Part shown: piece by piece, positions 45,907 through 54,555 of the stretch
Numbering within the stretch: position 1 is the stretch's first letter
Layout of the letters: the number at the start of each line of letters is the position of its first letter
Source of the DNA: an uncultured archaeon
Lineage (GTDB): Archaea; Aenigmatarchaeota; Aenigmatarchaeia; GW2011-AR5
Length of the DNA stretch: 55,800 nucleotides
Assembly: GCA_964371455.1 (NCBI GenBank)
Contig: CAYJMB010000001.1
Coordinates: 1-55,800 of the forward strand
Direction of reading: 5' to 3'
Position numbers and translations under genes: made by a program
Notes under the pieces: model-generated
Database searches by the model: none
Seen by the model: only the letters and a program-made list of their open reading frames with translations
Told to the model about the DNA's origin: nothing

Positions 45907-46434
45907 TCATAAATTAACAACCAGTTTTGCGGCGGCAAGCAGGTCATCAGCAACAGCATCAGGTTTAGTGCCTTCATAATTCACACCGTAGCCGGTTCGC
46001 ACAAGGATGGTTTTGCAGCCTGCGCGCTTACCCATCTCTATATCAAGGGGCTTGTCGCCTACGACATAAGAGTCAGACAGACTGATGCCGTAGTCTTTTA
46101 CAGCACTTTCTAACATACCTGTATTAGGTTTTCTGCATTCACAGAGATCTAAAGGATGGTGCGTACAGCAATATACCTCAGTTATATGACCACCTGATTT
46201 TTCTATTTCTGTTCTCATCCTGCTGTGGATGTCAAGAAGGTCTTCTTTACTAATAATGCCACGTGCAACACCGCTCTGGTTTGTGACAACAAATATCATG
46301 TAGCTGTTCTGCGAGAGCAAAGCTATTGCTTCTTTAGAGCCTGGCAAAAAATAAAATTCATTCCAACTTTTAATGTAATTTTCGCTTTCTCTATTTACCG
46401 TTCCATCGCGATCCAGGAAGACTGCTTTTATCAT
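45907..46434 (-). CDS. gmhB: D-glycero-D-manno-heptose 1,7-bisphosphate phosphatase
   Basis: It has HAD motif I (FLDRDGTVN), the GmhB-specific Zn finger and motif (CCTHHPLDLCECRKPNTGM) and VGDKPLDIEMG. The start at MIKAVFLDRDG (46434) is preferred over the track start at 46497. Confidence 0.8.
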   Translation of the reverse strand: MIKAVFLDRDGTVNRESENYIKSWNEFYFLPGSKEAIALLSQNSYMIFVVTNQSGVARGIISKEDLLDIHSRMRTEIEKSGGHITEVYCCTHHPLDLCECRKPNTGMLESAVKDYGISLSDSYVVGDKPLDIEMGKRAGCKTILVRTGYGVNYEGTKPDAVADDLLAAAKLVVNL

Positions 46435-46451
46435 GACAACACCATGTACAC

Positions 46452-47066
46452 TTACCTGTTGCTGTCTTTTGAGAAAATATCCTTTACACCAAGCCAAATC
46501 CAGTGGAGAAGTTCAAAGTAACTAATTTGAACATTCTGCGTATCACCAGAAGGAATTACTATGGCTATATCAGAACGACCCACAATTTCATGACTCAACT
46601 CACCGTTTCCAACAATGCCAATTCGGTAAATTCCCATACATTTCGCGAGATCCAGTGCTCTCCTCACGTTAACAGCTTTGCCGCTTGTGCTTATTCCATA
46701 GATCACATCACCTGCTTTACCCATCGTTCGTAGCTGATATTCAAAGGCGTGTTGGTCTCCGTAATCATTAGAGATTGCTGTGACAGAAGACGCATCCGTT
46801 AACGACAAAGAACGAAACATTACACCTTCATAAGGCAGCGTATCACGAAATTCTCCTGCAAAATGCTGGGAATCTGCCGCACTTCCCCCATTGCCGCAGA
46901 AGTAAGCAGCGCCACCTGACCGAAAAACATCTGCAGTCAATATAAGAGCTCTTGCCACTTGGTCAAAAACTCCTGCTTCTTCAAATGCACTTCTTACTTT
47001 TGTATGTGCCTTATATCTCCGTTTCAAATTTCCAATCAGCTCTTGATCTATCTCGCTATTTACCAT
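46452..47066 (-). CDS. gmhA: Phosphoheptose (sedoheptulose-7-phosphate) isomerase
   Basis: It is a SIS domain carrying the GmhA signature YFCGNGGSAADSQHFAGEF, and its 204 aa length fits. Confidence 0.8.
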   Translation of the reverse strand: MVNSEIDQELIGNLKRRYKAHTKVRSAFEEAGVFDQVARALILTADVFRSGGAAYFCGNGGSAADSQHFAGEFRDTLPYEGVMFRSLSLTDASSVTAISNDYGDQHAFEYQLRTMGKAGDVIYGISTSGKAVNVRRALDLAKCMGIYRIGIVGNGELSHEIVGRSDIAIVIPSGDTQNVQISYFELLHWIWLGVKDIFSKDSNR

Positions 47067-47392
47067 CTAACCATCTCCTCTGTTCTTCCAGAAAATATTG
47101 AATTGGCCTGTCGTCTTTTGGGTACAATCGTGTCAATTCGGGTCCAATGCCCAAGTCTTTCAGTACTTTTGTCGTTAGTTGCTACAATTAATATTCCTCC
47201 GTTAGCGTGTCGCTGCAAGAACTCTTTTGCCTCTTCCAAGGCATTTGCGTGATGTGGTCTCACTGGATTGAAAGTGCCTACAGCTATTCCTGATTTCTTT
47301 CCTCGTTCCTTATAACTAGCAATTAATGTTCCAGCCTTATACAGGCTTATTACTTTTTCCATTTGCATACACTTCCAGTACCTTTTCAACAA
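47060..47392 (-). pseudogene. Truncated, degenerate paralogue of the adjacent heptose-1-P adenylyltransferase (cytidylyltransferase fold)
   Basis: IAVGTFNPVRPHHANALEEAKEF...ILIVATNDKS parallels the neighbour's VTTNGCFDILHIGHVRYLAEAKKL...VLMVGMNSDVS. However, the HxGH motif is RPHH and the C-terminal half is missing. It overlaps both flanking genes. Confidence 0.35.
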
Positions 47393-47837
47393 TATTTGTT
47401 GTAGACTTGCCTTCTGTTTTTGGGATCAGCACGACTTTGCCGCCTGCCTTTTCCACAGCACCTTTTTCTACACAATCCTTGATGCTATAGTCCCTGCCGC
47501 TGGCCTTGACGTGAACATCTGGCTTGATTTTTTCTACCCACTTGTTTGGCGTTTCGTCATCGAAAAGGAAAACGCAGTCTACTGATTTTATAGCATTGAG
47601 CATTTCTGCACGTTCTCTTTCCGGTATTATTGGCCTCTTCTCGCCTTTGAGCTTTCTCGCCGATACATCAGAGTTCATTCCCACCATAAGAACATCTCCC
47701 AGCTTTTTGGCTTCTGCCAAATAGCGGACATGACCTATGTGCAGAATATCAAAACAGCCATTTGTGGTAACAATCTTTTTACACTGCTTTCTACACTTAT
47801 CTGCGATTTTTATTGCTTCTTTCAAAGAGACGATCAT
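47337..47837 (-). CDS. hldC: D-glycero-beta-D-manno-heptose 1-phosphate adenylyltransferase (RfaE/HldE domain II type)
   Basis: It has the cytidylyltransferase signature TNGCFDILHIGHVRYL, GMNSDVSARKLKGEKRPI and a C-terminal KSTTNIVEKV. Confidence 0.8.
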   Translation of the reverse strand: MIVSLKEAIKIADKCRKQCKKIVTTNGCFDILHIGHVRYLAEAKKLGDVLMVGMNSDVSARKLKGEKRPIIPERERAEMLNAIKSVDCVFLFDDETPNKWVEKIKPDVHVKASGRDYSIKDCVEKGAVEKAGGKVVLIPKTEGKSTTNIVEKVLEVYANGKSNKPV

Positions 47838-47841
47838 TTAA

Positions 47842-48885
47842 TCACCAATTTTCCCAACTGTTATCAACAATTTTGCAGCCCTTTTTCAACTCGGCGAGAA
47901 GTTCTCTAGTTGTTAGTGTCTGTGTTCCGGATCTTCCAACAACAACACTTGCTGCATAATTTGATATAACTGCGGACTCACGCATACTGGCACCAGACAG
48001 GACAGCTGATGTAAACGCACTTGTAACTGTATCACCAGCTCCTGTGACATCCTGGACCTGCTTGTTATCTTTAATTGCACTAATTTGGACAAATCCTTTA
48101 GCGTCGTACAAAACCATACCCTCAGACCCTTTTGTTAGCAGCAAAGCATCTATGCGCTCGTTCTGCAATATACTGCGCGCTGCAATATGTTCTGGCATAC
48201 GTCTGTATCCATTGTGCCTTGCCATCTCTGACAAGTTTGGTTTCAAGAGTGTTGCGTTTCTATACTTTGAGAACTCGGCTTTCGGATCAACCGCGACAAA
48301 TTTACCTTGTTTTTTCGCTAAAGAGATTACATACTGGCACAGTCGAGGCGTGACAAAACCTTTGTCGTAGTCAGAAACGATCACCCCGTCAACATCGGCG
48401 ATTATTTTTTTTACCTTTAACATAGCGGATTTTTCTACCTTAGATGAAATCGGTTCTGTGTCCTCAGTGTCATTTCTGAATATATGCTGATTCTCACTTT
48501 CCGGCCAATTAAGCTCTTTTAAAATGCGCTCATCTACGCTAGTTGCTATCCCTCTTTCTTTTAATGTAGTCTTTCTTTTATTATCCACAATGAAGAGCGG
48601 CTCAATCCCACATTCTTTTATTTTTTGCTGCAAATACAACGCATTTTGGTCTTTCCCAATGACTGAGCAAAGATAAACAATGCCGCCGAGTGCTGCAACA
48701 TTTGCTGCAACGTTACCACAACCACCAGGGCTGTATACATCCCGCTCCCTTTCCAGTATGGGAATATTAGCTTCCGGAGAGCGCCTGCGCACGATTCCAT
48801 AAATTGTATGGTCTAACATCACATCGCCCACGACCAGTACAGAATGCCCGGGCATAGCACTCACAATGCTAACATAATTTGTCAT
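47842..48885 (-). CDS. hldA: D-glycero-beta-D-manno-heptose 7-phosphate kinase (RfaE/HldE domain I type, PfkB family)
   Basis: It has VLVVGDVMLDHTIYG, GGCGNVAANVAALGG and a C-terminal DVTGAGDTV ribokinase-family motif. Confidence 0.75.
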   Translation of the reverse strand: MTNYVSIVSAMPGHSVLVVGDVMLDHTIYGIVRRRSPEANIPILERERDVYSPGGCGNVAANVAALGGIVYLCSVIGKDQNALYLQQKIKECGIEPLFIVDNKRKTTLKERGIATSVDERILKELNWPESENQHIFRNDTEDTEPISSKVEKSAMLKVKKIIADVDGVIVSDYDKGFVTPRLCQYVISLAKKQGKFVAVDPKAEFSKYRNATLLKPNLSEMARHNGYRRMPEHIAARSILQNERIDALLLTKGSEGMVLYDAKGFVQISAIKDNKQVQDVTGAGDTVTSAFTSAVLSGASMRESAVISNYAASVVVGRSGTQTLTTRELLAELKKGCKIVDNSWENW

Positions 48886-48979
48886 ACTTTTTCATACTTT
48901 ATTAGTCTTTAAATACGTTGTGGAGCAGGGAGGCAATTTTCATAAAAGGTTTATTAGGCAGGCAGAGCCATGTAAATGT

Positions 48980-49591
48980 ATGAGGATTCTCAAGTCTTTC
49001 CCTGTTCAGGACAAGAAAACAGAGCAGGTGTCCAAGGTTTTTGATGCCGCGATAACTAAATTTGACTATCCATGGAGATTTGGCAGAATGGAGCTGCACC
49101 TCAGGGACGAAAACAAAGTCATGGCAAACGAAGAGGCGGGCATAATTGTTCTGGACTACAACGATGTCTTTATTCAGGCAATGGATGCCAAAGGGACTGC
49201 TGTCCTTATAATGAGGGCGCTATTCACGTTGATTACAAGAGAGATCTGCGGCAGCTTGCCCACTGTTATAGAAGATATTATTGCCAACAGAGAGATGATC
49301 AGGCAGGGATATGGCGACGCGCTTGTTTACTACTACTACCAGAAAAATATCAGTGAGCCAAGGCCATCCACCGCGGAAGATGATGTGCCCTGGCTGAGTT
49401 TCTACATCGATGACAGATACAATTCTGATTTTTTCAGACAGCAGAGAAAAGATAATAATGGGGCAGGAGATATGAACAATCTTGTAGAATGCCTCAAGCA
49501 AGACTTAACAGACAGAGACAAGCTAGGTACGGCGCTGCGCGTTTACTATGCGCTTAGAAAAGAAAAATTGCTCGTGTCAGGACTCGTGTGA
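48980..49591 (+). CDS. Hypothetical protein, no recognisable motif
   Basis: About 203 aa counted from ATG 48980 (the track ORF begins at GTG 48920). Its stop overlaps the GTG of the next ORF. Confidence 0.4.
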   Translation: MRILKSFPVQDKKTEQVSKVFDAAITKFDYPWRFGRMELHLRDENKVMANEEAGIIVLDYNDVFIQAMDAKGTAVLIMRALFTLITREICGSLPTVIEDIIANREMIRQGYGDALVYYYYQKNISEPRPSTAEDDVPWLSFYIDDRYNSDFFRQQRKDNNGAGDMNNLVECLKQDLTDRDKLGTALRVYYALRKEKLLVSGLV

Positions 49592-49596
49592 GGACC

Positions 49597-50403
49597 ATGC
49601 AGATAATCAAATATAAATGGGAGAACTGGAGGCCGCACTTCATTTTAAGGGATGAAGACGCGTTGGAAAAACTCGCACTGCTTGGCAGCGATGTCAGTTT
49701 CCACATTGGCAAGAAGCTGTGCACAGGCTTCGTGCGTGATGGCAAGCACTCCCCCTGCAAAAACAGGCGAGAAACAGAGGATATGTGCAACGAGTGCAAG
49801 CTTGAGGATGAATATTTCTTCTGCATACGGTGCGACGGCTCTGAATGTATAAACAGGAAAAAAAGAGACGAGTGCAAGAAAAATTATTATTATATTTACC
49901 TTGCTGCATTCGGACCATTGCTGAAAGTAGGTGTCTCACATGAATTTCGGTTGCTGGAGAGGCTGGTGGAGCAGGGGGCAGACTTCGGGGCGAAGATAGC
50001 AAGGGTGCAGGATGGCAAGCTTGTCAGGGCTATGGAACAGGAGATTAAGAAAGAGATAAAAATTGCTGACAGGATAACAGGCGAGCAGAAGTTTAGCACG
50101 CTTTTCGGGAACCCCAACGTTGCTGTTGCAAACATTTACAGGGCTATTTCTCTTCTGAAAACAAACGGGTTTGCCAAGCACCTGTCAGGGCCTGAGGTTT
50201 ATGATCTGAGGGAATACTATAATCTGCAGAATGTTATGTCACAGCCGCAAGAGATGGCAGTGCAAGAAGGATTGGACATTGCGGGCCGCGTGGTTTCTGC
50301 CAAGGGCAACCTGATAATCCTGCAGAAAGAAAAAATGTTCTTTTCTGTAAATGCGCACAGGCTGGTGGGCAGGGAAATAATACCATCAACGATTGTAATT
50401 TAA
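49597..50403 (+). CDS. Cys-rich (zinc-ribbon) protein, DUF2797-like
   Basis: It has Cys clusters (CKNRRETEDMCNEC...CIRCDGSEC). These are followed by YYIYLAAFGPLLKVGVSHEFRLLERLVEQGADFGAKIA, which resembles my recollection of DUF2797. Confidence 0.4.
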   Translation: MQIIKYKWENWRPHFILRDEDALEKLALLGSDVSFHIGKKLCTGFVRDGKHSPCKNRRETEDMCNECKLEDEYFFCIRCDGSECINRKKRDECKKNYYYIYLAAFGPLLKVGVSHEFRLLERLVEQGADFGAKIARVQDGKLVRAMEQEIKKEIKIADRITGEQKFSTLFGNPNVAVANIYRAISLLKTNGFAKHLSGPEVYDLREYYNLQNVMSQPQEMAVQEGLDIAGRVVSAKGNLIILQKEKMFFSVNAHRLVGREIIPSTIVI

Positions 50404-50426
50404 GATTTCAGCGCGTTATTAACATC

Positions 50427-51077
50427 ATGGAAGTCTTCAAGGGCATTCATATCATTCCTGGCATTGCCCACGACTCCAACATATACATAATTGATAACGA
50501 GATCGTTGTTGATACAGGAACAGGCGAATTCTTCCACCAAAACCGCAGAGATATTGAGAAAGCACTTGATATCAAAAGACTCAAGCTCATTGCCAATACA
50601 CACTACCACTTTGACCATACAGGAGGGAACAAGAAATTCCGAGACTGGCTGCGCGTGCCGATAGCGGTGCACCAAGCGGACAAGGATTTCATAGAACGAG
50701 GGAGAACGCTTGCTGAGTCCTTCAAGCAGGTTGCCAAGATTGTTACCATAGACAAAGAGCTCAGGGATGAAGATGTCATCACCACAGAAAATTTTGAGCT
50801 TTCTGTTCTGCACACGCCAGGGCACAGCGCTGGCAGCATCTGCATCTATGAACCGCAGAACAAGATACTCATATCCGGGGACACGCTTTTTGAAAATGCT
50901 GCGGGCAGGACAGATTTGCCAGGAGGCAACTACAATGAGATGAAGTTCTCGCTAGAGAAACTCGCAAAATATAACATTCAGTATCTTTTCCCTGGGCACG
51001 GCGCGCCCAAGACAGGCGGCGTGAACTTCCTGATAAAAAAGCTCCTCACGACGCTGGAGACAGCGACGATGATATAA
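50427..51077 (+). CDS. Metallo-beta-lactamase-fold hydrolase
   Basis: It has THYHFDHTGG (HxHxDH), HTPGHSAGS, GDTLF and PGHG. Confidence 0.8.
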   Translation: MEVFKGIHIIPGIAHDSNIYIIDNEIVVDTGTGEFFHQNRRDIEKALDIKRLKLIANTHYHFDHTGGNKKFRDWLRVPIAVHQADKDFIERGRTLAESFKQVAKIVTIDKELRDEDVITTENFELSVLHTPGHSAGSICIYEPQNKILISGDTLFENAAGRTDLPGGNYNEMKFSLEKLAKYNIQYLFPGHGAPKTGGVNFLIKKLLTTLETATMI

Positions 51078-51125
51078 ATATGCAGGATGGAATTTTCTTC
51101 TTCCAGTTCTCTATTTTTTATTACG

Positions 51126-52145
51126 CTATTTGACAGCAATAATCTTCTCCTTCTCGCCGATACTGAACTTCACGGGCAGGAACTTCTCTATGACCCAGAT
51201 GTTCGTCCTTGTGTGGCTTGTGATTTTCGGCACTCTGATTCTGCTGGGCGGGGCAAGGGCCATGTAAGGAAGGAGCTGGTCTTCTGCGTATTCATCCACT
51301 GCAGCAGCGGAAGCGATTTCAGCAAGCAGTTGTTTGGCTGCTTCTTCTCCGACTTTTTCTGCCGGCTTTGATTTTTCTCCCAAGGCACTGGCGCCGATAA
51401 CCGACTGCTCAGAGACAGCTTCAAGCTCTATGCCGGAGCCTGGCGATGCGGTGTCTAAATACAGCACATTTATTTCTGACGCTATGTCTGTATTGGCCAT
51501 AAGCTCTTTGACTGCAGCGTTCTTCTGGCGTTCTGCGACTTTTGCCTGTGACAAGCTTTTGGATGCATGCGAGATTCCTGATATCCTGACAAATTTTCCT
51601 CGCTCTGCCAGATTTAACGGAATGAGCTTTTTAGGAAATATTTCTGCCTCAGCTACAGCTCCGCCTGCGGGATAGTATCCGTATTTTTTGATGTTTATGC
51701 GTGCCTGATAACCCATTTTATTGAGCAATGGCAGCAAAACATTCTTTGTGTAATTCAATGGCGGTGCCCATTTGCCATGCGTGGCGCCGCCTGAGAATTT
51801 AATTGTGACAGGGCCTTCTGCATGCAGTGCAGCGATCATCATCGACTGCAGGACAAGGCCTATGCTGCCTGCGGTCGGAATTTTTACCTGTATTTCCCCA
51901 GATTTTATTTTCTTCGGGACAAATTCTATTTCTGTGCTACCGATTTCTAAACCAACGGCATCAGCATCACATAAGGCTGCTACTGCTTTTATTGCTTCCA
52001 GGTGCTGGTGCTTGAGACCTGGCTGAGGCCTGCCTTTGCGTATGTTGAAGATTCTGCAGGGCTGCTGCGTGACTGCTGAGAGGGCTATTGATGTTCTGAC
52101 TATCTGACCCCCAGCTTCCCCGACTGATCCGTCTATTTCGATCAT
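51126..52145 (-). CDS. rtcA: RNA 3'-terminal phosphate cyclase
   Basis: It has MIEIDGSVGEAGGQIVRTSIALSAV...IFNIRKGRPQPGLKHQHL, the canonical RtcA N-terminus. Its 339 aa length fits. Confidence 0.85.
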   Translation of the reverse strand: MIEIDGSVGEAGGQIVRTSIALSAVTQQPCRIFNIRKGRPQPGLKHQHLEAIKAVAALCDADAVGLEIGSTEIEFVPKKIKSGEIQVKIPTAGSIGLVLQSMMIAALHAEGPVTIKFSGGATHGKWAPPLNYTKNVLLPLLNKMGYQARINIKKYGYYPAGGAVAEAEIFPKKLIPLNLAERGKFVRISGISHASKSLSQAKVAERQKNAAVKELMANTDIASEINVLYLDTASPGSGIELEAVSEQSVIGASALGEKSKPAEKVGEEAAKQLLAEIASAAAVDEYAEDQLLPYMALAPPSRIRVPKITSHTRTNIWVIEKFLPVKFSIGEKEKIIAVK

Positions 52146-52224
52146 CTATGCCACTCTCAACTGCTCCATAGGCAACAATAGTCAATAAAGATAAAAAGAT
52201 TTCTTCCTCTAAAAATACTGGGGT

Positions 52225-52473
52225 GTGGCTGTGAGGCTTGTTAATCTGAGGGATGCCATTATTCTTTCAATGCTGCAGGACGGTTTTCAGTCAAAACAAG
52301 ACATTGAGCGCAAGTTCGGTATGCAGAAGTCTGTGGCACGACAATCGCTTTCTGTATTAAAAACATCAGGACTCATTGCAAAACAGAGGATAAACGGCAA
52401 TGACTTCTACCTCATTACAGACAAAGGGAACAAATCCATAAAGAAGGTTTACCAGAGGCTCAGCCTTGTGTGA
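52225..52473 (+). CDS. Small winged-helix DNA-binding protein
   Basis: ILSMLQDGFQSKQDIERKFGMQKSVARQSLSVLKTSGLIAKQ..NGNDFYLITDKG fits the wHTH pattern. It has a GTG start and is divergent from rtcA. Confidence 0.45.
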   Translation: MAVRLVNLRDAIILSMLQDGFQSKQDIERKFGMQKSVARQSLSVLKTSGLIAKQRINGNDFYLITDKGNKSIKKVYQRLSLV

Positions 52474-52533
52474 TCCGTTTCCAAACAAATGATACTATCA
52501 ACTTAAGGGTCTGTTGACAAATATGAATACATC

Positions 52534-53772
52534 TTAAATATCAACTGTTTCGCCGTTTGCGGGCGCATGGGCTTCAATGCCCAGATTAGATGAAATATCT
52601 TTTGCGAATTTTTGGCAATCGTCTCCGTGGACGCAGATCACTGTCTCTGGCCGGAGCTTCTCAATGATTTTGTAGAGGCCGGATTTGTCTGTGTGGGCAC
52701 TCAAGTCAAGCTTGTGCAAGCCGCACTTCACTCCGAAACGTTCATCAAGATTTTCGAAGATGGAGGTCTGCATCAAATTTCTGCCAGGCGTGCCCTCTAT
52801 GAGGAAGCCTGTGAATATGACTTTTGAATTGATATCGTCTTTTATTTCGCGCAGGTAATGCACAGCCGGGCCGCCGCCCAGCATGCCTGCTGAGGAGACT
52901 ATGACCTGGTGCCTGCGCAGGGCATTGAACCGCTCTTCATTGGATTTGATAAAATTAACCTTAGACATAATATTCCTCAGCTTTTTCGCGTTTTTCAGGT
53001 GCGCTCCATAGTCCTCAATAATCTCGCTTGCAGCTTTTACCATCCCGTCTATGGCAATGGTATCTGCATACTTTTCTAGAATAAGGAGAACTTCCTGGGA
53101 CCGGCCTACTGCAAAGACAGGAAACAGGACTGAACCTTCATTGGAAAGAGCTTCTTCAACGCAGTCCAGCAGTTTTCTTTCTTCCCCTTTCCTATCAGGA
53201 TGATTTTTGTGGCCATAGGTGCTCTCTGTGATGAGGATGTCTGCTTTCTTTGGGAGCACACAGCCATGCAAGAGATTGCTCTCATGCGTCTGGATATCAC
53301 CTGTGTAGAATATGCGCTTTTTTCCCTCGAGATAAATGCCAGCTGAGCCTGGAATATGGCCTGCATCATAGAGCTGGCATTTCATGTTGCCAAGAGTAAA
53401 ATGCTCACCGTACCTGACGATCTTGGTGTAGCGTATCATTTTTTTCAGGTCTTGCTTGGAAAATGCAGGATCAAATCCCTCCTTCCTCGCAACTTTCATG
53501 GAGTCCTTGATGAGGAGGGCAGAGAGCTCAAGCGTGACATCTGTCATGTATATGGGCGGCTTGGCTTTGCGGAAGAGCAGAGGAGTGCCGCCGCAATGAT
53601 CCAGATGGGCATGCGACAGCACAGCAAAATCCGGCTTGCAGTCAAGAGGAAATTTTGGCGGCACTGGCTCGATCTTTGTGCCATAATCAAGGACAACAGA
53701 TTTTTTGTCTTGGAGTAAGATAGCGCTGCGACCTACTTCCTGGCCTGCGCCTAGGATTGTGATCTTGGACAT
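52534..53772 (-). CDS. Beta-CASP-family MBL ribonuclease (aCPSF2-like)
   Basis: It has ITILGAGQEVGRSAILL, SHAHLDHCGG and beta-CASP motifs (ESTYG..., HGD at the C-terminus). It is 412 aa. Confidence 0.8.
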   Translation of the reverse strand: MSKITILGAGQEVGRSAILLQDKKSVVLDYGTKIEPVPPKFPLDCKPDFAVLSHAHLDHCGGTPLLFRKAKPPIYMTDVTLELSALLIKDSMKVARKEGFDPAFSKQDLKKMIRYTKIVRYGEHFTLGNMKCQLYDAGHIPGSAGIYLEGKKRIFYTGDIQTHESNLLHGCVLPKKADILITESTYGHKNHPDRKGEERKLLDCVEEALSNEGSVLFPVFAVGRSQEVLLILEKYADTIAIDGMVKAASEIIEDYGAHLKNAKKLRNIMSKVNFIKSNEERFNALRRHQVIVSSAGMLGGGPAVHYLREIKDDINSKVIFTGFLIEGTPGRNLMQTSIFENLDERFGVKCGLHKLDLSAHTDKSGLYKIIEKLRPETVICVHGDDCQKFAKDISSNLGIEAHAPANGETVDI

Positions 53773-54140
53773 TATGTAGAACCTCTTTTCTTTTTTGATT
53801 GCGACTATTAATAAAACAATCGAGATTGTCGAATGATCGCAATCCTGAATTATTTGACAACAAACAATCTCAACAAAGACACGTAGACCTGCCCAATAGA
53901 TTTAAAAACATGCCGCTCAAAGAAATCTTAGAGGCGATCACATGGACTACGATTATCAGCCGAAGGCGAGAAGCTTGGTCCAGTGTTAGCCAGGGCTCTG
54001 AACAAAAATCAGATACTGATTCTAAATGAAGTCGTAAAAGAAAGCGGCAACATAACAAACATCCTGAAGAATGTTTCTGATATGCGGGACAGGTTCAAGT
54101 CCGGCTGAGGGGACTAAAAGGAAAGAGAGGAGGAATCTAG

Positions 54141-54514
54141 ATGGAAGATGATTTGAAGGAAAGGCTTCTTGAACTTGTCAGGACGCACCCTGCTATAAAC
54201 AACAAGTTTCTCACTCGGTTCGCAAAGGGTGAGGCAATAAAAGAGTAAGTAGAAAGATTTGCCATAGAATTTTATCACTTTCTCAGATCGATAGGAATAG
54301 AGCCGATGCAAATAATAAAGAGACCGATGCTCAAGGCAACAAAGGCTTGGATTGATGCACAATCCACAGGGAATTGGAAGAGAAGCATGAGGATGCAATG
54401 GACGTCGTTGCAAACATGCTCAAGCCAGAGGCAGAACAATCGTTTAGGAGAGGAGTACTGGATGTGCTGAATGCTGAGGCATACTTTTGGTCTGGCATTT
54501 CTATGAAGAATTAA
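54141..54514 (+). pseudogene. Decayed heme-oxygenase-like (TenA/PqqC-like 'iron-containing redox enzyme') gene remnant
   Basis: MEDDLKERLLELVRTHPAINNKFLTRFAKGEAIKE is followed by a TAA at 54246-54248. It then continues in frame as VERFAIEFYHFLRS..., and a second frame carries ...EEKHEDAMDVVANMLKPEAEQSFRRGVLDVLNAEAYFWSGI. The gene therefore has an in-frame stop plus a frameshift. Confidence 0.35.
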
Positions 54515-54555
54515 CTTAAAAATAACAGAAATAAAGTAAGTTTAAGGGACAGGAT

